Shown here piece by piece: positions 54,231 to 64,000 of a stretch of DNA of 64,000 bases (its first letter is position 1; every line of letters begins with the position of its first letter). Location of the stretch: NCBI GenBank assembly GCA_964016885.1, contig OZ024755.1, positions 2,356,001-2,420,000 of the forward strand, in the 5' to 3' direction. Source of the DNA: Eledone cirrhosa. Lineage: Eukaryota. Position numbers and translations under genes: made by a program. Under the pieces are notes generated by a model that was given only the letters and a program-made list of their open reading frames with translations, ran no database searches and was not told the origin of the DNA.

Positions 54231-55488
54231 AAATGTCCATTCAATCTCTCAAGCCTACCCCCCAACCCTTCTCATCAGTGACAATTTTAGAACCAAACAT
54301 ACTTTCTTATTTTAGACTCTTGTTTGTTGTTATTTATATTTTTGGGGTTAAGTGAGAGAAAATCTATGAAGTCCAACTAACCTAAAAAAATATAGAGAGA
54401 GAAAAAGGAAGGAAGTGCTGGTTTAACCTTTCTTTACTTTTAATTTCTTTTGTTTCTTATTAAAGCAAATTTCATTGCTTTTCTTGTATTTTATTCCATT
54501 TTTTATCGTAATCTCTTTTTTTTTTCAATAGAAAATGTCCTCCTTCTATCCCCCCCCCCCCCCAGTATCCCTTTCTTTTACTTGATGAAAGCTAAATTAC
54601 AAAAATATCCAGCTTAATGGTATTGCTACTGTTGTTCGTCTCTGACTCATGCTACAGAAAACAGTTTCTAAAATTAGCCTGCTCATCATCATCATCATCA
54701 TCATCATCATTATTGTTTTACATTCATTTGGTTGTTATTTAATGTGTTCATGGGTCGGATGGTTAATTTCTCTCATCCAACACAGTGTCTTGACACTTGT
54801 TGCAAGCCTTTGTCGGCTTCTAAAGTACGACCTCCATTAGGTCAGTCTTTGGCTTTTTTTCCCCTCCATTCCTCTCTCGGAGTTCACCTTTCTCTTCCAC
54901 TGGTCTTTTCCTTTTATCGGCTTCCTGAAGTATGAGCTCCAGAGGTCACCCCCCCTCCCCCCATTCCTCTCTTGTGTTCCTCTTCCACTGGTCCTTTTGT
55001 CATCTTCCTGAAGTACGACCTCCAGAGGTCAGCCATCACCTTTCCCCCCCTCCCCCACGCCTCTCTCTTCATCTTCCTCATCCACTGATCCCTTCCACTT
55101 ATATTTCTTGACTGTCATCCTCTATTTCTACAATGTCTGTACCAGCTCTTCTATACCCTTAGTTCAACACTGCTCCATCCTCCATGTATTACACATCCAC
55201 CAGAACATAGTTACCTTATTACATACCAACCTTTCTACATACTTTACATCCAACAGCTCTCTTTTCTTACAATGCTGTATTACACTCCATACACTTCCAT
55301 AACACAATATCTGTTCTTCACTCAAAGAAAGAATCTCACAGATACTTCCTCTTGTCTTTGTTATATATCTCTATCGTCTTTTCAATATAAGGACCGCCAT
55401 ACATCATCTGGCTAAGGGCTGATGGCTCTTTCAAGCTTCCTTATCATTCCAATTCCAGATTGTCTTGTGTTTCTAGGTTCATCTAACT

Positions 55489-55692
55489 CAGACATGTCAA
55501 ACATGTGGCCCTTTACAAGTACACCCGCAGCCCACACAAAGGTTTTTATAGCACGAGCATGTTTTATCTTCGTAATATAAAATTTTAAAAAAAAATTGTT
55601 GTAATGTGCGCAATTAGTTGTCATGTGTGGCCCTCAGACAACAGATATGTGACACATGTGGCACTCGGGGAACCCTCAGTTTGACATGCCTG
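55489..55692. mobile_element. hAT (Charlie-like) MITE, 204 bp
   Basis: TIRs cagacatgtcaaac / gtttgacatgcctg; 8 bp TSD atctaact at 55481-55488 and 55693-55700. Confidence 0.9.
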
Positions 55693-55994
55693 ATCTAACT
55701 CTTACTCTGAAGTCACAACAAAACAGTATTTTATAATGAGTGGTTTATTCTTCACAGTGGGGAAGGAAGACTTAGTACTTACAGCGATCAGTCTATCAGG
55801 TTTCCTGGTATCAAGTCTGTCTTCCATATTCATCTGAGTGCTATGTCATCTGAGTGCTATGTCATCTGGTCGCTATGTCATCTGGTCGCTGACCAGTTTC
55901 CTGAAATTACTCTTCTATCTTAAGTCATCTACATTCATACAATTCACAGAAACTTATGTACTTAACATTTCCTAACTTTCTACAGTTTGTTACT

Positions 55995-56699
55995 CTTTCT
56001 CCCTCTGTCTCTCTCCCTCTGTCTCTCTCTTCCTCTCTCTCCCTCTGTCTCCCTCTTCCTCTCTCTCCCTCTGTCTCCCTCTTCCTCTCTCTCCCTCTGT
56101 CTCCCTCTTCCTCTCTCTCCCTCTGTCTCCCTCTTCCTCTCTCTCCCTCTGTCTCACTCTTCCTCTGTCTCACTCTTCCTCTATCTCCCTCTGTCTCACT
56201 CTTCCCCTGTCTCACTCTTCCCCTGTCTCACTCTTCCTCTGTCTCACTCTTCCTCTCTCTCCCTCTGTCTCACTCTTCCTCTATCTCCCTCTGTCTCACT
56301 CTTCCTCTATCTCCCTCTGTCTCACTCTTCCTCTATCTCCCTCTGTCTCACTCTTCCTCTCTCTCCCTCTGTCTCACGCTTCCTCTCTCTCCCTCTGTCT
56401 CACTCTTCCTCTCTCTCCCTCTGTCTCACTCTTCCTCTGTCTCACTCTTCCTCTCTCTCACTCTTCCTCTCTCTCCCTCTGTCTCACTCTTCCTCTCTCT
56501 CCCTCTGTCTCACTCTTCCTCTCTCTCCCTCTGTCTCACTCTTTCCCTCTATCTCCCTCTCCCTCCCTCTCTCTCCCTCTATCTCCCTCTCCCTCTCCCT
56601 CTCTCTCTCTCCCTCTCTCTCCCTCTCTCTCTCTCCCTCTCTCCCTCTGTCTCTCTCTCTCTCCCTCTATCTCTCTCTCTCTCCCTCTATCTCCCTCTG

Positions 56700-56731
<32 letters not shown>

Positions 56732-57380
56732 TCCCTCTGTCTCTCTCTCTCTCCCTCTATCTCCCTCTGTCTCACTCTTTCCCTCTATCTCCCTCTGTCT
56801 CACTCTTTCCCTCTATCTCCCTCTGTCTCACTCTTTCCCTCTATCTCCCTCTGTCTCACTCTTTCCCTCTATCTCACTCTGTCTCTTTCCCTCTATCTCA
56901 CTCTGTCTCTTTCCCTCTATCTCACTCTGTCTCTTTCCCTCTATCTCACTCTCCCTCTTTCCCACTATCTCACTCTCCCTCTTTCCCCCTCTGTCTCTCT
57001 CTCTCTCCCTCTATCTCCCTCTGTCTCTCTCTCTCTCCCTCTATCTCCCTCTGTCTCTCTCTCTCTCCCTCTGTCTCTCTCTCTCTCCCTCTGTCTCTCT
57101 CTCTCTCCCTCTCCCTCTGTCTCTCTCTCTCTCCCTCTCCCTCTGTCTCTCTCTCTCTCCCTCTGTCTCACTCTTTCCCTCTATCTCCCTCTGTCTCTTT
57201 CCCACTATCTCCCTCTGTCTCTTTCCCTCTTTCCCTCTATCTCACTCTCCCTCTTTCCCTCTATCCCTCTATCTCACTCTCCCTCTTTCCCTCTATCTCA
57301 CTCTCCCTCTTTCCCTCTATCTCACTCTCCCTCTTTCCCTCTATCTCACTCTCCCTCTTTCCCTCTATCTCACTCTCTCT
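55995..57380. repeat. Pyrimidine-rich (CT) degenerate satellite
   Basis: About 1.4 kb, almost purely C/T on the + strand. Confidence 0.95.
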
Positions 57381-57666
57381 CATTCTTTTTCTTTGTGTAT
57401 CTTTTTCTTTTTTTAATGTTTCATATATTTTGTTGTATATATTCATGAAATAGTTATATTTCCTCACCACCACCGCCACCACTGTGTAATGTCTATTTCT
57501 CCATGCTAGCATGGGCCAGACAGTCTCTACAGGGGCTAAACTGACCAGTTGGCCACATCTGGCCCACAATTTAGGTTTTAATAAGACAACCAAAATTCTG
57601 GGTTTTCAAGTTTTTGTTAATATTTCTAATTGTTGTCACCTGAGGTAAAACTGTCCGAGGAGATTG

Positions 57667-59020
57667 ACAGGTGTACAGCAGCACTGCTGTAGAAACAGGT
57701 GTACAGCAGCACTGCTGTAGAAACAGGTGTACAGCAGCACTGCTTTATAAATAGGTGTACAGCAGCACTGCTTTATAAATAGGTGTACAGCAGCACTGCT
57801 TGGGAAACAGGTGTACAGCAGCACTGCTGTAGAAACAGGTGTACAGCAGCACTGCTGTAGAAACAGGTGTACAGCAGCACTGCTGTAGAAACAGGTGTAC
57901 AGCAGCACTGCTGTAGAAACAGGTGTACAGCAGCACTGCTGTAGAAACAGGTGTACAGCAGCACTGCTTTATAAATAGGTGTACAGCAGCACTGCTTTAT
58001 AAATAGGTGTACAGCAGCACTGCTTGGGAAACAGGTGTACAGCAGCACTGCTGTAGAAACAGGTGTACAGCAGCACTGCTTTAGAAACAGGTGTACAGCA
58101 GCACTGCTTGGGAAACAGCTGTACAGCAGCACTGCTTTGTAAACAGGTGTACAGCAGCACTGCTTTATAAACAGGTGTACAGCAGCACTGCTGTAGAAAC
58201 AGGTGTACAGCAGCACTGCTGTAGAAACGGGTGTACAGCAGCACTGCTGTAGAAACGGGTGTACAGCAGCACTGCTGTAGAAACAGGTGTACAGCAGCAC
58301 TGCTGTAGAAACAGGTGTACAGCAGCACTGCTTTATAAATAGGTGTACAGCAGCACTGCTTTATAAATAGGTGTACAGCAGCACTGCTTTATAAATAGGT
58401 GTACAGCAGCACTGCTTTAGAAACAGGTGTACAGCAGCACTGCTTGGGAAACAGGTGTACAGCAGCACTGCTGTAGAAACAGGTGTACAGCAGCACTGCT
58501 GTAGAAACAGGTGTACAGCAGCACTGCTTTATAAATAGGTGTACAGCAGCACTGCTTTATAAATAGGTGTACAGCAGTACTGCTTTATAAATAGGTGTAC
58601 AGCAGCACTGCTATAGAAAGAGACCTACAGCAGCACTGCTTGAGAAATAGGTGTACAGCAGGATTGCCTTAGAAGTAGGTCGACACCAGCACTGCTTTAG
58701 AAAGAGACCTACAGCAGCAGTTATGTCAGCAATGCAGCTTTAGAAAGAGACCTACAGCAGCTACAACTGTTATGTCAGTACCACAGCTTTAGAAATTGGC
58801 CTGCAGCAGCAATGGTTATGTCAGCAGCGCAGCTTTAGTAAGAGGTCTGCAACAGCAATGGGTTCAACAGCAGCACAGCTTTAGGAACAGGTTTGCAGCA
58901 GCAATGGGTACAACAGCAACAGCAGTGTCAGCTACAGTTTTAAAACAAAACTGCTGCAGCAACAACAGCAGCAGTAGTGTTGGTAGTATAGCTTTAGAAA
59001 GAGACATGCAACATCAACTG
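57667..59020. repeat. Minisatellite, 28 bp unit (acaggtgtacagcagcactgctgtagaa), homogeneous to ~58615 then decaying
   Basis: Tandem units with the internal palindrome tacagcag-ca-ctgctgta. Confidence 0.96.
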
Positions 59021-59175
59021 CAGTAGTAGTAGTAGTAGTGGTAGTAGTGGTAGCAGCAGTAGTAGCAGCAGTAGCAGCAGTAGCAGCAGTGTTACTTTTT
59101 CCAATTCCAATGTCTAATCAAGATCTCCATTATTTACACTAAACTATCAACTCTGCCAGTGGCTGAACCATTCCA

Positions 59176-60185
59176 CCCTCTCTCTCTTAGACACACATAC
59201 CCTCTCTCTCTCTCTCTCTCTCTTAGACACACATACCCTCTCTCTCTCTCTCTCTCTTAGACACACATACCCTCTCTCTCTCTCTCTCTCTCTTAGACAC
59301 ACATACCCTCTCTCTCTTAGACACACATACCCTCTCTCTCTTAGACACACATACCCTCTCTCTCTTAGACACACATACCCTCTCTCTCTCTCTCTCTCTC
59401 TTAGACACACATACCCTCTCTCTCTCTCTCTCTCTTAGACACACATACCCTCTCTCTCTCTCTCTCTCTTAGACACACATACCCTCTCTCTCTCTCTCTC
59501 TCTTAGACACACATACCCTCTCTCTCTCTCTCTCTTAGACACACATACCCTCTCTCTCTTAGACACACATACCCTCTCTCTCTCTCTCTCTTAGACACAC
59601 ATACCCTCTCTCTCTTAGACACACATACCTCTCTCTCTTAGACACACATACCTCTCTCTCTTAGACACACATACCCTCTCTCTCTCTCTCTCTTAGACAC
59701 ATATATATACCCTCTCTCTCTCTCTCTCTCTCTTAGACACATATATATACCCTCTCTCTCTCTCTCTCTCTCTTAGACACATATATATACCCTCTCTCTC
59801 TCTCTTAGACACACATATATACACATACATACTCTCTGTCTTAGACACATACACACCCTTTCTGTCTTGCTCTATTTCATTGATCTGTTTATTTTAACTA
59901 TTTATCTCTCTCCCTCTCTCTCACTGCCACTCCCTCTCCCCCTCTCTCACTGCCACTCCCTCTCCCTCTCTCTCACTGCCACTCACTCTCCCTCTCTCTC
60001 ACTGCCACTCACTCTCCCTCTCTCTCACTGCCACTCACTTTCCCTCTCTCTCACTGCCACTCACTCTCCCTCTCACTGCCACTCACTCTCCCTCTCACTG
60101 CCACTCACTCTCCCTCTCACTGCCACTCACTCTCCCTCTCTCTCACTGCCACTCACTCTCCCTCTCTCTCACTGCCACTCACTCT
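59176..60185. repeat. ttagacacacataccc-(CT)n array (59176-59850) and cactgccactcactctcc array (59910-60185)
   Basis: Visible in the sequence. Confidence 0.93.
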
Positions 60186-60189
60186 CTCT

Positions 60190-60237
<48 letters not shown>

Positions 60238-60490
60238 ATATGATGATGATGATGATTTATATATATATATATACACCAACAGCACCATTATTCTCTCTCT
60301 CTCATTTCTCTCTCTCCTCATCATTGTATTCCTTCTTTCTATCCGAACAAGATTGTTATATAATGGTGGTGTGCATATATATAGCATATATATATATATA
60401 TATATAGCATATATATATATATATATATAGCATATATATATATATATATAGCATATATATATATATATATATATATATAGCATATATATA

Positions 60491-60546
<56 letters not shown>

Positions 60547-60604
60547 CATATATACATACATACACATACAACCACCACCACCACCACCATCATTACCATC
60601 AGCA

Positions 60605-60671
<67 letters not shown>

Positions 60672-62982
60672 ATTTACAGCTGCCACAGCCTCCCTCCCAA
60701 AACACATCATTTATCATCAATATCTAAGACTCCTTTAACCACTGTCCCACCATCTTGGAGGAATATTCTGTCAAACTTCCTCTCATAGACATCCATTCTG
60801 ATTTTCTTTGGCATTTTCGCAATTCTCTACATGTGGGGGTGAGGGCTGCACCAATGTCTGCGTGTGTGTGTTTTGGTGCATGTAGCTGCACATGTTTCAT
60901 AGCATGTAAATGTCTTAACACACACATATACACACATGCACATATACATATACGTGTTATATATCTGTCTATATGTATCTGTTTATGTACACTCGCACAT
61001 ACATGTTATATATGTCTATTTATATGTTTGTGTTTATGTACACACATCTATATGTATGTTTTTCTCTGTGTGTATTTACATGCATCTTATTAAGTACACA
61101 CACACACACACACACACATTTATATATATATATATATATATATACTTGTCTGTCTGTGTGTGTGAGAGAGAGTAATGATTATGTACACACATATATCTAT
61201 ATGTAGTTGTCTGTCTGTGTGTGTGTGTGAGTAATGCACACACACATATATATGTGTGTGCACTGGTCCATGTGTTTAATGCATACACATACACACATAC
61301 ACACATACACACATACACACATACATACACACATACACACATACATACATACACACATACATACATACACATATACATACATACACACATACATACATAC
61401 ATACATACACATATACATACATACACACATACATACATACATACATACATACACACATACATACATACATACATACATACCATCTGTACGTATTGTGCTT
61501 CTGGTTTTAAAACTTTCTGAAATTATAAAACCAGAACATACATGCGTACGTGCGTATGTATGTATGTATTTATGTATGTACGTATGTATGTATGTATGTA
61601 TGTATATTATATGTAGTTCTTCTGTATGTGAGAGCAGCAGCGGTGAACTGCTTCTTGTGTGTTTTGAGTGTAAACCAAAATTATCTCCTAAGCTGGAGAT
61701 TTCTTTCCTCAAATGACTTTAACAGCAATAATGATGATGATGTTGATGATTAGTTTGGCTAAATGTTATTTCATACATATATACATATACACACTCGTAT
61801 ATATATATATATATATATACACATACACATCTGTATATATATATGTATAGGCAGGAATTATAAAATAGAAAATAGAAATAAAAATAAGAGGTAGAAGCAG
61901 CCAGCAGAGAATGACACATTTCTGCTAAGTAGGGACATGAAAATTGAATGAAAACAGATTCATGTCATTAAACCTTTTATAGAGATTATTTGCTTGTCCC
62001 CCAACCTCTTCCATTTTATATATTTCTTTCTGTAATTAAGATTTAAATTGATGAAAAATAAGTGAAAAATATAATCAAAATATAAAACTAAAGAAATAAA
62101 ATATCTGGAATCATTAAATGAACATAGGAGAGGTTATTTTTATTTTTATTATTTTTTTTTTTCAAATTCTTTGGAGTTGTCTTCTCTTAGTTTTTGTTTT
62201 TGTTTGTTTTTGTTTTTCTGAGGGGTTTTGGGGGTCTTTTTTTTTTTTTTTTTTTTTAAACTTTTTGGCACTCTTCAGTTTAGCCTTGTTCTTGTAGACT
62301 TTTACTCATTGTTGATGATGATGTTGCTTGTGATGTGTGTGTAATAATCACCTATGTAAACAATTATTTCTGCTCTGACTACTGTTGTTGATTATTATTT
62401 TATAATAATAATAATTATTATTATTATTATCACCATCCTTTTTAGCCCAGAAGCTTCCATTTAGTTTATTTTTTTAAATACACATTTAAAACAAACTAAA
62501 ATTTCAAAAGTTTCAAGAAAAAGAAAACCAGTTAAAATTAAGCCTCCATTTTTCTTTTTTTTTTTTAAATTGTATAGAAAAGAAGTAAATTAATTAATAA
62601 ATGAATACGTTACGATTAATGAATAAATAAACGAGTTTTTTGGGGTGGGGGAAGAGTGAGGCAACTTTCTCTCTTTACACATCTGTGTTTGGGTTAGATT
62701 GTAATCAAAGTTAAGTTTCCAATTTGTAACAGTGATATAAGACAGCACCTGAAACCAGTTTGTCTAATTACTTGCTGTTTCATCAACATTTTCTTTTTTA
62801 ATTTCCCCCCATTCTATCCTGGATATAATTTGAAAATTTGTTTATTGTGATTATATATATATATGTGTGTGTGTGTGTATATATATATATATGTATGTAT
62901 GTATCACATCCAACTCTTGCTAGCAAGGAAAGTGAATGTTAAAACGATAATTATACATACATAGACACATATATATATATAT

Positions 62983-63103
62983 AAAAAGTAAACAGAAATA
63001 ACAACACAATCGGTACAGTATATGGAAGGGATATATTAGGTTAACGCTTGATATAGCAGGAAGAGGGTCTTAACGTTTTGGACGCTAGTCCTTCATCAAA
63101 AGA
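62983..63103 (-). mobile_element. TA-associated element with a decayed minimal hammerhead
   Basis: Minus strand reads tctt tTGATGA a ggac-tagc-gtcc aAAA cg TT aaga, with two core substitutions (C3>T, G12>A). Confidence 0.6.
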
Positions 63104-63306
63104 AAGAATGAGAAATAAGATGAATTGAGGTGGAATTGGAAAAATAAGATGGATAGGGTGGAATTGGAAAAAATGCCAACATATAAATATATGCACAAGA
63201 CATACATATATGTGTGTGTGTGTGTGTGTGTGTATATATTATCATCATCATCATTTTATGTCCGCTTTTCCCTGCTTGCAAGGGTGGGACGGGACACACA
63301 CACAAT

Positions 63307-63500
63307 GCTGGTGCCATGAAACAATGCACCAGTCCATCTAGTAATGTGGTTGTGCTGGTGCCATGAAACAATGCACCAGTCCATCTAGTAATGTGGTTGT
63401 GCTGGTGCCATGAAACAATGCACCAGTCCATCTAGTAATGTGGTTGTGCTGGTGCCATGAAACAATGCACCAGTCCATCTAGTAATGTGGTTGTGCCATG
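63307..63500 (+). repeat. 47 bp unit x ~4 amplified from a SINE B-type internal segment
   Basis: gctggtgccatgaaacaatgcaccagtccatctagtaatgtggttgt at 63307, 63354, 63401 and 63448, running into SINE body ...gtttaggatgaacatccagctgtaaaac. Confidence 0.88.
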
Positions 63501-63656
63501 AAAAATCACACCCACTACACTCTGTAAGGTGGTTAAGTTTAGGATGAACATCCAGCTGTAAAACTGTTTCAAGACAACCCGTTAAACCCATACCAGCTTG
63601 GAAACATAGATATACAAAATATATCATCATCATCACCATCATTATTTAACATCCAC

Positions 63657-63844
63657 GGGTGGTGGATTGGCAGTATCGGTAGAGGGTCTGACGCCATGCT
63701 TTGCAGGAAAGAGTTACGGCACTTTATGGTCTGAGTTCAAATCCCATCGAGGTTAACTTTGCCTTTCATCCTTACGGGGTCGATAAAATAAAGTACCAGT
63801 AATACACTGTGATAATTGCTGGCCTTGTGCCAAAAGTAGAAACA
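63657..63844 (+). mobile_element. Full-length SINE family A with 16 bp TSD
   Basis: attatttaacatcyac at 63641-63656 and 63845-63860. Confidence 0.92.
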
Positions 63845-64000
63845 ATTATTTAACATCTACCTTTACTAAACTGATCTTCTATTGACTCTAAATATGTTAG
63901 TATGTTCGTGTTTTTAATTTATTTCTTATTGGTGATAAGTGTGAGCTAATAATAATAATCCACAGGTAGAGTATATTTACTTAAGTACCACCCACCCGCC

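Noticed and set aside
55040-55400. Possible degraded RTE fragments (also 23230-23700 and 25580-25800)
   Set aside because: Only faint motif resemblance (e.g. MFWWMCN); not supportable without a search.
59176-59850. Repeat-spacer appearance
   Set aside because: The apparent spacers are only (CT)n of variable length.

Overview
AT-rich, gene-free eukaryotic DNA, intronic or intergenic. The SINE, MITE and microsatellite repertoire resembles octopod cephalopod genomes (recalled, not searched). No host protein-coding exon can be supported, and almost all listed ORFs are translations of micro- or minisatellites. The window holds many tandem arrays, two tRNA-derived SINE families (about 25 copies, several with TSDs), Tc1/mariner-, hAT- and piggyBac-type MITEs, and 3' remnants of RTE and R4/Dong-like LINEs. 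The most notable signal is a set of short non-coding elements embedded in (TA)n tracts. They carry type I hammerhead ribozyme motifs (3 canonical, 1 near-canonical, several degenerate), and two diverged copies share a conserved ~60-nt structured insertion in stem II. Related fold-back elements have copy-specific inverted arms. Also seen: a candidate recursive splice site (tag|gtaagt, 50523/50524) and a nearby double ETS-motif promoter candidate.
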